Origin: Acidobacteriaceae bacterium
GTDB taxonomy: Bacteria > Acidobacteriota > Terriglobia > Terriglobales > Acidobacteriaceae
Reading direction: 5' to 3'
DNA length: 64,000 nucleotides
Assembly (NCBI GenBank): GCA_003138975.1
Contig: PLHQ01000088.1
Span: forward strand, 1,272-65,271
Shown here: positions 47,196 through 56,677 of the stretch, in pieces
Layout of the letters: the number at the start of each line of letters is the position of its first letter
Position numbering within the stretch: position 1 is the first letter of the stretch
Notes under the pieces: model-generated
What the model saw: the letters and a program-made list of their open reading frames with translations, nothing else
Database searches by the model: none
What the model was told of the DNA's origin: nothing
Position numbers and translations under genes: made by a program

Positions 47196-48362
47196 ATGCG
47201 CATGCCAAGGCTTCGCAAAGGCGGGTACCTGCTCGCTTGCACGGCAGTGATCTTGTGCACGTTGGCGACAGCACAAGCGGGAACCAAGAGGATCGTTGGC
47301 TACTATTACGGGAAGGGTCGGCCGGGTTACCAGTTTTCTCAAGTGCCGGTTCAAGAATTAACTCACCTGATTTATTCGCGGGCGAGTCCGACTGCTCGCG
47401 GCAATTGCGAAGTTGCTCACCCGGACGTGGATGTACCTAACCTACTGGCGCTGAAGGTGTTGAGGGCTAAGAATGCGCGCCTATTGGTCCTGCTTTCAGT
47501 TGGAGGGTGGAGCGGCTCAACATATTTTTCCGATGTCGCCGCCACCCCTTCGGCGAGAAAGAAGTTTTCCGCATCCTGTCTCGAAATTGTCTCGAAATAC
47601 GGCCTCGATGGACTGGACATTGATTGGGAATACCCGGTTACCGGGGGGAAGCGAACCGATCACAAGCGAAAAAGTGACAAGGGAAATTTCGTTCTCCTTC
47701 TGAGGCAGATGCGTAGTGATCTGGATGCGTTCGACCACGGACGCCGCTTGCTGCTTACCGTCGCCTCCACTGGCTACCGAAATCACTTAAATGATCTGTC
47801 GCTGAGAGAGATGTCTGACGTTCTGGACTGGTTTAATCTCATGGGCTACGACTTCAATGAGATGCAATCGAAGCGTACATCTCATCACAGTGGCCTTTTT
47901 GCGTGGTCCGCCAATTCAAAGCTCGACGCGGACGCGGTCAAGTACGCAAATTCTGATGCTGCTGTGCAATGGTACTTAGATCAAGGTGTCCCGGCTGAAA
48001 AGATTGTTTTGGGCGTGCCGTTTTATGGACAAATTTGGGCCAACGTTCCTGACATGAACGACGGACTGTATGAACCGTACAGAGGCAGACCGGGAGAAGA
48101 AGGCACCTTGAGCTACCGAGAAATTGAGCGAGACTATCTTCCCTCTTACACTCGACATTGGGACGATCAAGTCAAAGTGCCATGGCTATACAAGAAAGAG
48201 ACGAAAGTCATGATCAGCTACGATGACTCAGAATCGATAGCCGTGAAGGCGAGATATGTAATTCAGAAAAACCTTGGAGGAATGATGTTTTGGGACCTTG
48301 GTCAGGACGACAGCAGATCGGCTCTTCTTGACGCGATCCATACGGAACTTGGCGGGAATTGA
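47196..48362 (+). CDS. Glycoside hydrolase family 18 (chitinase-like), secreted
   Basis: A signal peptide is followed by LSVGGW and DGLDIDWEYP, the catalytic DxxDxDxE motif. Confidence 0.9.
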   Translation: MRMPRLRKGGYLLACTAVILCTLATAQAGTKRIVGYYYGKGRPGYQFSQVPVQELTHLIYSRASPTARGNCEVAHPDVDVPNLLALKVLRAKNARLLVLLSVGGWSGSTYFSDVAATPSARKKFSASCLEIVSKYGLDGLDIDWEYPVTGGKRTDHKRKSDKGNFVLLLRQMRSDLDAFDHGRRLLLTVASTGYRNHLNDLSLREMSDVLDWFNLMGYDFNEMQSKRTSHHSGLFAWSANSKLDADAVKYANSDAAVQWYLDQGVPAEKIVLGVPFYGQIWANVPDMNDGLYEPYRGRPGEEGTLSYREIERDYLPSYTRHWDDQVKVPWLYKKETKVMISYDDSESIAVKARYVIQKNLGGMMFWDLGQDDSRSALLDAIHTELGGN

Positions 48363-48449
48363 TTCCTTGAGCGGATAGTCGTCAACTCAGAAACCACGGC
48401 GTATTTACACCAGTAAGCGCTGAAGACTGGTTGTGCGTGAGATGGCGTT

Positions 48450-49193
48450 CTACGCCGCCGTCAACACCATTGGCGCACCCTTCGTGATCACCAGTGTGTG
48501 CTCGTAGTGCGCCGAAGGCCTGTGATCCGCCGTGACGACCGTCCACTTATCCGGCGCGACGAATGCCCGGCCCGATCCCGCCGCAATAATCGGTTCGACA
48601 GTGATCACCAAACCTTCCGTGAGGACGTACGTAGCATCGGGATCAGCATAGTTCGGCACTCGCGGTTCTTCATGAATCGTGCGCCCGATGCCGTGCCCTC
48701 CCAGATCGCGAATCACGGAAAATCCGCAGCGCCTCACCTCGCGCTCCACGGCTCGGCCAATCTCCGAAACCCGAAAGCCGGCTCGCGCCACCAGCATTGC
48801 CTTCGCGAAGGCCCGTTCCGCGCACGCGATCAGGCGTTGGCGCTCTTCCGTTACTTCACCCACTGGAACGGTCACAGCAGCATCCGCCATGAATCCGTCT
48901 TTCTCTACGGTGACATCGAGCTTGACCAAATCGCCCGTCTGCAGCGCGCGTTGGCCCGGAACGCCATGCACTGCCTCGTCGTTGACGCTGATGCAGTTCA
49001 CCCCAGGAAATTTGTAAACCAGTGCCGGAGCGGATCGCGCCCCGTGCTGCCTCATCACGCCCGCGCCCACCTCGTCCAACTCGGCCGTCGTGATTCCCAC
49101 GCGCACTGCACTTTTCATGGCGCTCAGCATAAAGCGCACCACGGCGCCAGCAGCGCGCATCCCGGCGAGTTCTTCCGGCCCGTTGATGGACAT
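48450..49193 (-). CDS. map: Type I methionine aminopeptidase
   Basis: CISVNDEAVHGVP...GDLVKLDV...GHGIGRTIHEEP...TVEP...EHT are the metal ligands. Confidence 0.95.
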   Translation of the reverse strand: MSINGPEELAGMRAAGAVVRFMLSAMKSAVRVGITTAELDEVGAGVMRQHGARSAPALVYKFPGVNCISVNDEAVHGVPGQRALQTGDLVKLDVTVEKDGFMADAAVTVPVGEVTEERQRLIACAERAFAKAMLVARAGFRVSEIGRAVEREVRRCGFSVIRDLGGHGIGRTIHEEPRVPNYADPDATYVLTEGLVITVEPIIAAGSGRAFVAPDKWTVVTADHRPSAHYEHTLVITKGAPMVLTAA

Positions 49194-49230
49194 GAAACCA
49201 CCTCAAGGACATGATATCTCGGACTGTGCT

Positions 49231-49641
49231 TCAGGCAGCAGCAGGTTCCTTCGGGCCAAAAAAGAAAAGCAGCACAAACCCGCCAATATAAAAAGGCAGG
49301 CTCTGCTGAAAATTGCAGCCCATGAAGCGCAAGATCAGGCCGAATAAAGCCAAAGCTTCGCTTAACGCGTAGGTCGCCAGATAACCACTTTTCCAATGCC
49401 CCAACGCGAGCGCATCATCAGGATGAGACGCCAGACTTTCCGCGGAACGGAGTACCAGCGTGCGCCTCACCACGAAAATCATTCCGACGATGGCCACGCC
49501 CAAGGTTGTGAAAACATAGCTGAGGGAAGGATCGACGGCTCTCGCCGTGTGACGAAACACTTCCCCCAGAACCGCATACAGTGCGATGCTACCCAACATC
49601 GCCCACTGCACGATTCGCAACCCCTTTAAGGCAACAACCAT
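49231..49641 (-). CDS. Hypothetical integral membrane protein (4 TM)
   Basis: The ORF has four hydrophobic segments. I recognise no family. Confidence 0.5.
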   Translation of the reverse strand: MVVALKGLRIVQWAMLGSIALYAVLGEVFRHTARAVDPSLSYVFTTLGVAIVGMIFVVRRTLVLRSAESLASHPDDALALGHWKSGYLATYALSEALALFGLILRFMGCNFQQSLPFYIGGFVLLFFFGPKEPAAA

Positions 49642-49779
49642 AGCGCTAGCTATTCTGCCGCAGGTCTCCCGATGAATTGAGGAATTTCTTCAAGGAAGAA
49701 TCCGGCTAGGCACTATGAACCGCAGTGCCTGGCGATAGTATCCCGACGCTCAATTCCGGACGCGGACTCGCCCAATCGA

Positions 49780-50223
49780 CTACGTCCCGGTAATCTTCAC
49801 GCGGAGTTCTTCCGGCAGGCGTTCGCGAATCTCAGGAGGCAGGCGGTCGTGTACGCGGCGCGCGCCCTCCTTGGCCGCATCCAGCACGGTGACGGGCGCA
49901 GGCGTGGCCACCGCGACCACCAGCCAGATCAGCGCCGACAAGGCAAATCCTGCCAGTGCCGCAATCTCCAGCCAAAACGCGTGCCGCGGACCAAAATGGC
50001 GGATCACTCCAAAGGCCAGCAGAAACACTCCGCCCGAAATCGAAGCCAGCGCGATCAGGCCTACATCAATGACGCGGTTCATGCGCTGTCGGCTGCGGCA
50101 CCGTTCGCACCCCGCAAAGTGGCTTTCGTAGTCCTCACGCATCTCCGGCGCCAGGCCGGAAATGTCGTACCGCCAGCCTGCCAGGATCTTGCCCACAATT
50201 GGATCAATGCACTGCTGACTCAT
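49780..50223 (-). CDS. Hypothetical membrane protein with an N-terminal Cys/His motif (zf-HC2-like)
   Basis: HFAGCERCRSRQ is followed by two TM helices. Confidence 0.5.
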   Translation of the reverse strand: MSQQCIDPIVGKILAGWRYDISGLAPEMREDYESHFAGCERCRSRQRMNRVIDVGLIALASISGGVFLLAFGVIRHFGPRHAFWLEIAALAGFALSALIWLVVAVATPAPVTVLDAAKEGARRVHDRLPPEIRERLPEELRVKITGT

Positions 50224-50244
50224 AAGTAACTGCAGTCGGAGCCA

Positions 50245-51069
50245 CTACAGCTGGATCGGCGGCAGGATCTCGGACTGCACCGCCACCAGCACGCGGTTGT
50301 GAAACAAGCCCCCGCGCTGCGCCAACGCCTTTTCGGCCTCTCTTCGCGCTATTTCCGGATGATTGTTCTGCTCAGAGAGATGCGCCAGCACCACAAAAGC
50401 CGCATTATTATCATAGTCGTTAGTGAAGAAATCTGCGAGTTTCTCGTTCGAGAGATGCCCCACATTGCTCGCGACCCGCTGCTTCACCGTCCACGGATAG
50501 GGCCCTCCGCGCAGCATTTCCACATCATGATTGGACTCCATGATCAGCACGTCAGAGCCGCGCAGGTGGTCGCGAACATTGACCGGCAGGTATCCCAGAT
50601 CGGTGGCCACGCTCACCTTGGTGCCTTCTACGCGGAACGTGAAGCCGACTGGATCGGCGGCATCGTGCGGGATGGTGAATGGCTTCACCTCGATATCGCC
50701 AACCTGAAAGCGGTGCCCCGATTCGAAGCGCTCGAGTTTCTCCAGTTGCGGCCGCTCGCCGTTTTCATTGCGCAGAGCCCGCGCCCATGCCGCGTGCGTT
50801 GCTCCCGTCATGAAAACCGGGATGCGCAACTTCTTCGCCAGCGTTACTAAACCGTAGACGTGATCGGAATGTTCATGGGTAATCAGAATTGCCGACAGCG
50901 CCTGCGGATCTTCGCCCAGCGACTTCATCCGCTTGAAGGTCTCGCGGCAGGAAATCCCGGCATCGACCAGAATCTTCGTCCGCGCGGTGGCCACGAACGT
51001 ACAATTCCCCCGGCTCCCGCTGGCCAGCATCGAGACAGTCACACCCATGTTCGCAGCATACGCGACCAT
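50245..51069 (-). CDS. MBL-fold metallo-hydrolase
   Basis: ILITHEHSDHVYG (HxHxDH)...LASGSRGNCTF.... The start may be the internal Met at 51048. Confidence 0.88.
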   Translation of the reverse strand: MVAYAANMGVTVSMLASGSRGNCTFVATARTKILVDAGISCRETFKRMKSLGEDPQALSAILITHEHSDHVYGLVTLAKKLRIPVFMTGATHAAWARALRNENGERPQLEKLERFESGHRFQVGDIEVKPFTIPHDAADPVGFTFRVEGTKVSVATDLGYLPVNVRDHLRGSDVLIMESNHDVEMLRGGPYPWTVKQRVASNVGHLSNEKLADFFTNDYDNNAAFVVLAHLSEQNNHPEIARREAEKALAQRGGLFHNRVLVAVQSEILPPIQL

Positions 51070-51181
51070 CCTGTGGAACCGGGAGTAACTTCTTGATTAT
51101 CCGCTACCTTGGGAGCGACCCACTGGGACTGCTCCCAGAACGGTAAGCTGGAAACCGGAATCTGAGAACTGAAAACTGCCC

Positions 51182-51547
51182 TTACTTCCCTTGCCGCAGA
51201 TTATCAATCACTCCCCGCATCAGCGACCCGCCATAAGCCCCTGCAATGCCCGGCAACGCCGTGAGAAACGATCCGTAGACTTGGCCACGCGTAGGCTGTA
51301 CGGTCAGAATTGTATAGGCCGCCAATTCGGCCAATGGGATGAAGACCACGACCACCACCACCCACCTCCAAGGCCAGCGCGGCCGCAGCAACCCCAACAG
51401 CATGCATGCCGCCAGCACCAGTAGTGCCGTGAAAAGCAGGTCATTGACGGCGACGTCCACCCACCCCGTGCCCATACCAGCGAGAGCCGCGAGCATGTAA
51501 TAGGACGCATCGCTTCGAACTCGCGGCGAAACTACTTCAGTGGTCAT
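51182..51547 (-). CDS. Hypothetical integral membrane protein (3-4 TM)
   Basis: A hydrophobic 121-aa ORF. I recognise no family. Confidence 0.45.
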   Translation of the reverse strand: MTTEVVSPRVRSDASYYMLAALAGMGTGWVDVAVNDLLFTALLVLAACMLLGLLRPRWPWRWVVVVVVFIPLAELAAYTILTVQPTRGQVYGSFLTALPGIAGAYGGSLMRGVIDNLRQGK

Positions 51548-51712
51548 TCGATCAAACGCTCTTTCAATCGGCGATAGAGTTTGGGTGGCGCAGCGCTTTC
51601 AGCGCAGCGATGAAGCGTGTAGTACCGTGGAAGAGCGGCGCTTCAGCGCCGCGTAAAAAGCCCAAAATCAGCGCGGGCTTTAGCCCGTGCATCTGCCAAC
51701 GACAACCATTCC

Positions 51713-52561
51713 TTAGTACTTGTAAAATCCCCGCCCGCTCTTGCGTCCCAGCCAGCCAGCATCCACCATCTTGATCAGCAGTGGACACGGCCGGTACTTC
51801 GGATCGCCCAACCCATCCAGCATCACCCGCATAATGTCGAGGCAAACGTCGAGCCCGATAAAATCGGCGAGCGTCAGCGGTCCCATGGGATGTGCCATGC
51901 CCAGCTTGAAAATTTCGTCGACCGCCTCCGGCGTGGCCACACCCTCCATCACGGTATACATGGCTTCATTTAGCAACGGCATCAGCACGCGGTTGGAGAC
52001 GAATCCCGGCGCATCGTTCACCTCCACCGTCGTCTTGTCGAGCTTAATCGACAAATCGCGCACCGTAGTGAAGGTTTCCTGTGAAGTAGCCAGCCCGCGG
52101 ATCACTTCCACCAATTTCATTACCAGCACAGGATTGAAGAAGTGCATCCCAATCACTTTGTCGGGACGTTTGGTAAGCGCCCCGAGCTTCGTGATTGAGA
52201 TCGACGAAGTGTTCGAAGACAGGATGACCTCCGGCCGCGCCAGCCGGTCGAGATCGCGAAAAATCTCCGCCTTGATTTCGAACTTCTCCGTAGCCGCCTC
52301 CACGATGAAGTCGCAGTCCGCCAGCTTGCCGCGCTCCGTCACCGGTTCGATCTTCTTCAATGCGGACGCCTTATCCTCGGCCGTGATCTTGTTCTTCGCA
52401 ACCTCACGATCGAGATTCTTCGTGATCGTCGCCAGCCCACGATCCAGAAACCGCTGCTCCACGTCGCACAAAATCACCGAATAACCGCCACGCGCAAACA
52501 CGTGGGCGATGCCATTGCCCATCGTCCCCGCGCCAAGCACGCCGACCCGCCTTATATCCAT
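51713..52561 (-). CDS. hbd: 3-hydroxybutyryl-CoA dehydrogenase (copy 2)
   Basis: ATG at 52561. MDIRRVGVLGAGTMGNGIAHVF...NTSSISITKL...GMHFFNPVLVMKLVE...GFVSNRVL. Confidence 0.92.
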   Translation of the reverse strand: MDIRRVGVLGAGTMGNGIAHVFARGGYSVILCDVEQRFLDRGLATITKNLDREVAKNKITAEDKASALKKIEPVTERGKLADCDFIVEAATEKFEIKAEIFRDLDRLARPEVILSSNTSSISITKLGALTKRPDKVIGMHFFNPVLVMKLVEVIRGLATSQETFTTVRDLSIKLDKTTVEVNDAPGFVSNRVLMPLLNEAMYTVMEGVATPEAVDEIFKLGMAHPMGPLTLADFIGLDVCLDIMRVMLDGLGDPKYRPCPLLIKMVDAGWLGRKSGRGFYKY

Positions 52562-52627
52562 AAGCCCACCCTTAGGAAAACGTTCGAGTCTACCACCAGC
52601 AGGCATCCGCGTTCGTATCTTTCGCGG

Positions 52628-54256
52628 TTAATGACTTTCGGATCTCGCAGGATTGTGCAGCAGACCGAAAACTCCCACCCCGTCGGTTGTTCCAACATAG
52701 ACCTTTCCCTGAGCGATCATGGGCGTGATGAACTTGTTTCCTGCACCGAAGTGGTCTCTTCCCGAAGCTGCTTCGTTGCTGTTGTACAGTTCATTCGCCA
52801 AGTCGTTCGCATCGTAGGCGTGTAGCACCGCCTGCTGGCCATTTTCAGAGGCCCAGACGATCCCGTTGCGCGATCCGTGCGCCGAAACACTGGGCATTGC
52901 GCCTGGATAACCGAATTGTGCAGCCGTGATAGAAACAGGTTCCGCGCGGAGCCGGGCGTCAATGAAGCGAAATTCGCGCATGCTGTCGTTGACCGATCCA
53001 AAATACAGCCGCCTGTCAAAATACGCGGGTGCGCCGCGAAAACGCTCGCCCTTCAGCGCCTTGAGAAGTTCCTGATAAATGTTCTGATTCCCCTGCGGAT
53101 TGAACTTCCCCATGGCCTCACGATTCACCAGATAGATATTTCGATCCTTTCCCGATCCCACGGCTAGCCGCCGGGTTTTTCCCGACGCGTCTGTCATGTC
53201 GGGTAGCACGACGGGGCCGCCAGCGCCGAGGTCATCATCCGCGGCATTTTCAGCGTCAACGTTAAACATCGTGAAGTAATCGGCAACCAAGAGCTTGCCG
53301 CTGGCAGGCGAAATCTTCAGAAATGAGTTTCCAAAATCGCCACGTGACGGAAATCCGTCGGCGTTCAGCGTTGTATCGAAGGTTCCATTCGCGGCCATCA
53401 AATAGATGTTGCCTTGGTCATCCGCGGCCGGTCCTGCGCCGCTCTGCCAGACTGCGCCTTCTTCACCGTCCGGAGTCAGGTTGAGCACGGCTGTCTGCTT
53501 CAGTGTTTCCGCGCTGTAGCCGATAATCCATCCGTGGTATGGGTTGATGTCGCAATGCGAAGCCCAAGTGGTGTAGACCACGCCGTTGAGCAACAGAAGT
53601 GCGGCCCGCTCCTCGTATTGTTTCGGATCGAAAATCTCAGTGCCATCGCGGCTTGCCGCTCCGGCTCCGGGAAATGTGGCTTTAATTTCCACTGGCCCTC
53701 CGAACTCTTCGCTTCCATTTCGGAGATCAAGCGCATGCAGTCTCTGCAGATAGCGGCCGCCCTGAACTTTGCTCATCGAGACCAGGTAGATCGTGCCGTG
53801 CGGACTCCGCTTGCGATCGATGACCGGCGTAGATGTGATTCCGATTTCTGGGATTACCTGTGAGCAGCCGCGATCATCCGACGTGGTTTCACCGGGCCGC
53901 AGCAGCCGAACGTGCCAGAATTCTTTCGCCGTATCCGCATCGAATGCATAGACACTGTCATGCTCTGTGGCAACGAACAGAACATTCTTTAATCCTTGAT
54001 TCGGGATTTCCAGCCTCTCGGCATAAAGAGGCTCCGCATCCACCTTGCCGTCCACGCGAATGATGAACAGCTTGCCAAACGTCCTCGGATTTACATTCTG
54101 CAATGTGAGGATTTTTTCCTTGAGGTTCTGTCCGGTCCGCGCATTGTCGTTATGCCAGGTCAGAACATCTTGTGCCGCCGACAGGTGGCACATGCAAAGA
54201 GCAACAGCAGCCAGGGTGGGCCTAGCTAAGAGCGTCTTTCTTGGAAGGCATTTCAT
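52628..54256 (-). CDS. Secreted PQQ-like / BamB-like beta-propeller repeat protein
   Basis: A signal peptide is followed by VLTWHNDNARTGQN and repeated propeller blades. Confidence 0.78.
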   Translation of the reverse strand: MKCLPRKTLLARPTLAAVALCMCHLSAAQDVLTWHNDNARTGQNLKEKILTLQNVNPRTFGKLFIIRVDGKVDAEPLYAERLEIPNQGLKNVLFVATEHDSVYAFDADTAKEFWHVRLLRPGETTSDDRGCSQVIPEIGITSTPVIDRKRSPHGTIYLVSMSKVQGGRYLQRLHALDLRNGSEEFGGPVEIKATFPGAGAASRDGTEIFDPKQYEERAALLLLNGVVYTTWASHCDINPYHGWIIGYSAETLKQTAVLNLTPDGEEGAVWQSGAGPAADDQGNIYLMAANGTFDTTLNADGFPSRGDFGNSFLKISPASGKLLVADYFTMFNVDAENAADDDLGAGGPVVLPDMTDASGKTRRLAVGSGKDRNIYLVNREAMGKFNPQGNQNIYQELLKALKGERFRGAPAYFDRRLYFGSVNDSMREFRFIDARLRAEPVSITAAQFGYPGAMPSVSAHGSRNGIVWASENGQQAVLHAYDANDLANELYNSNEAASGRDHFGAGNKFITPMIAQGKVYVGTTDGVGVFGLLHNPARSESH

Positions 54257-54422
54257 GAATTACCTCCGAATGATCCGAAATGAGCTCATTGCGAATTTGC
54301 CGGCCATAGCTTTTGACGTGCGGAATCGAGGTTCGGTTTCCGATGCTACAATTAAAAGACGGACCAACAGAAAGTCGATCGATCCAATTCTGGACCTGGA
54401 TTCGTCTCAAGGAGCGTCCCCC

Positions 54423-56021
54423 ATGGCAACCCTAGAAGCCCCCGTCCGGCCGCGCACTACATCCTCCCATCAAGGCCCTTTTATCAACGAACCCTTTTAC
54501 GACTTCCGCCACGAAGACAACGCCCGCAAGATGCGCGCCGCCATCGAACGAGTGCGCGGACAACTCGGCCGCGAGTATGACCTCATCATCGGCGGCCAAC
54601 GCGTCAAGACAGCAGACAAGATCAAGTCCCTGAACCCCTCGCGCCCGTCGCAAATCGTTGGCATTCATCAGAAAGCGGGCAAAGAGCACGTAGAACCGGC
54701 AATGAAAGCCGCGCTGAAGGCCTTCGCGACCTGGAGCCGCACCCCCGTCGAAGAGCGCGCCGGCGTGCTGTTCCGCGCCGCCGACCTGCTGCGCCAGCGC
54801 AAAATGGATTACATGGCCTGGCTGGTTTTCGAAGTCAGCAAGAACTGGGCCGAAGCCGATGCCGACATTTCCGAGGCCATCGACTTCTGCGAATTCTATG
54901 CCCGTGAAGCTCTCCGATTTGCCAGAACTGAACCGCCCGTGCAGATGCCCGGCGAACGCGATACCCTCACCTATATCCCGCTAGGCGTGGGCGCCGTGAT
55001 TCCTCCGTGGAACTTCCCCTGCGCCATCATGGCGGGCATGACCCTGGCATCGATCGTCAGTGGTAACACAGTCATCTTGAAGCCCTCCAGCGATTCGCCG
55101 ACCATCGCCGCCAAGTTCATCGAACTTCTTGAAGAAGCCGGCATGCCCGAAGGCGTAGTGAACTTCTGTCCTGGCGCCGGCGCCCGCTTCGGCGATGCTA
55201 TCGTCGCGCATCCCAAAACGCGCTACGTCGCTTTCACCGGCTCTCGCGAAGTCGGACTCCACATTAACAAAGCTGCCGCCACGCAGGCTTCCGGCCAAAT
55301 CTGGATCAAGCGCACCATCCTTGAAATGGGCGGCAAGGACGCCATCATCGTCGACGCCGATGCCGACATCGACTCCGCCGTCGAAGGCGTAGCGCAAGCC
55401 GCGTTCGGCTTTCAGGGTCAGAAGTGCTCGGCCTGCTCCCGCGCGATAGTCGATGAACGCGTCTACGATAAGTTCCTCGAACAACTCAAATCTCGCGTCG
55501 AAAAGATAACCGTCGGCGATCCAGCGGAAAACGCCAACATGGGCGCCGTGATCAACGAAGGTTCGATGAAAACGATTCTCGAATACATCGAGCAGGGCAA
55601 GAAAGATGGGCGCGTCCTCACCGGCGGCGAGCGCGCCACCGAAGCCGGAGAAGGCTACTACATTAGGCCTACGGTAATCGCCGATATTCCCGCCAAGTCC
55701 AAACTCGAGCAAGAAGAAATCTTCGGGCCGGTTCTGGTTGTCATCAAAGCTCGCGGCTTCGACCATGCCCTCGAAATTGCCAACGACACCGAGTTCGGCC
55801 TTACCGGCGCCATTTATACCAAGTCGCGCGACAAGATCGATCGCGCCACCCGCGAGTTCCACGTCGGCAACCTGTACATCAACCGCAAGTGCACGGGAGC
55901 GATGGTCGGCGCTCATCCCTTCGGCGGCTTCAACATGTCCGGAACCGACTCCAAATCCGGCGGCCCGGATTATCTATATTTATTTACACAAGCGAAGTCG
56001 GTCGCCGAGAAGGTTGGGTAA
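54423..56021 (+). CDS. pruA: L-glutamate gamma-semialdehyde (1-pyrroline-5-carboxylate) dehydrogenase
   Basis: ATG at 54423. FINEPFYDFRHEDNARKM...PWNFP...ILEMGGKD...GFQGQKCSACSR...EEIFGPVL. The longer track ORF overlaps the divergent upstream gene and is rejected. Confidence 0.93.
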   Translation: MATLEAPVRPRTTSSHQGPFINEPFYDFRHEDNARKMRAAIERVRGQLGREYDLIIGGQRVKTADKIKSLNPSRPSQIVGIHQKAGKEHVEPAMKAALKAFATWSRTPVEERAGVLFRAADLLRQRKMDYMAWLVFEVSKNWAEADADISEAIDFCEFYAREALRFARTEPPVQMPGERDTLTYIPLGVGAVIPPWNFPCAIMAGMTLASIVSGNTVILKPSSDSPTIAAKFIELLEEAGMPEGVVNFCPGAGARFGDAIVAHPKTRYVAFTGSREVGLHINKAAATQASGQIWIKRTILEMGGKDAIIVDADADIDSAVEGVAQAAFGFQGQKCSACSRAIVDERVYDKFLEQLKSRVEKITVGDPAENANMGAVINEGSMKTILEYIEQGKKDGRVLTGGERATEAGEGYYIRPTVIADIPAKSKLEQEEIFGPVLVVIKARGFDHALEIANDTEFGLTGAIYTKSRDKIDRATREFHVGNLYINRKCTGAMVGAHPFGGFNMSGTDSKSGGPDYLYLFTQAKSVAEKVG

Positions 56022-56225
56022 TTCTTTTTCCTTCCCCTCCAACTAAAGACGGCGTGCGATAAGAAATCAGCCGGCCGCGAGGAACCTTATTCGTCTCTCC
56101 CGGACAACGGTGGTTTGTGACAAAATCAACCAAGTCGAAATTCCGGTTAGGCCGAGCCTTTGTGTCCGCCGAAACCTTGGGTCGAGTTCCGTTTGCAGTT
56201 CGATTTTCGCTTTGACGGAGGTCCC

Positions 56226-56677
56226 ATGTTGTACATCCTGCGCCTGACCAATGGAGATTGCGTCATCACCCTGGCTGCCGACGAGCGCAGCGCGCACGAA
56301 ACCGCAAAGAAGCTCAGTCAGGATGAAGCGGCTGACGTGGCAACTGTGCGGCGTCTAGTCTAGGCTAGCTAGCAGGCTTCGGAGTTCAGTTCTCCCCCAC
56401 GGAAGACGGAAGCCTGGAAGTGGCGCACTGGGATGATGCTACCTTGGACGACATTCTCGAAAGTGAATATCCGCAACTGAACGAAGCCTATCGCCGGGCC
56501 AACGCCGAGCCTTTTCTAAAGGCATCCGATCAGAAAGAACCGGTCCTCTAGCAGTTGAAAGCAGCGCACGACCTGAACACGGAGATGATTCGCGAGGGCC
56601 TTCGACTCGAGCGAGGTAGATTCAACCGCTCTCGACAGGCCGCTCATCTGAAATCAGTTTCCCGGAAAGTCAGATAG
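56226..56677 (+). pseudogene. Decayed small gene (frameshift plus in-frame TAG)
   Basis: GGAGG-N5-ATG at 56226 gives MLYILRLTNGDCVITLAADERSAHETAKKLSQDEAADVATVRRLV*. A coherent reading resumes in another frame (GFGVQFSPTEDGSLEVAHWDDATLDDILESEYPQLNEAYRRANAEPF...PVL*QLKAAHDLNTEMIREGL...). Confidence 0.4.

Noticed and set aside
51583-51692. Structured intergenic elements seen only once here. One is 51583-51692 (gcgcagcgctttcagcgcagc…ggcgcttcagcgccgc…gggctttagcccg). The other is 59157-59247 (…gtgtagggcggacactcc…agggcaag…cttgccct…). Both resemble repeat types I associate with acidobacterial genomes.
   Set aside because: Each has a single copy in this window, so repetitiveness cannot be shown from this sequence. 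They are not reported as features.
54045-54422. A 126-codon N-terminal extension of the pruA track ORF.
   Set aside because: It overlaps the start of the divergent propeller gene. Homology to P5C dehydrogenases begins only after the ATG at 54423.
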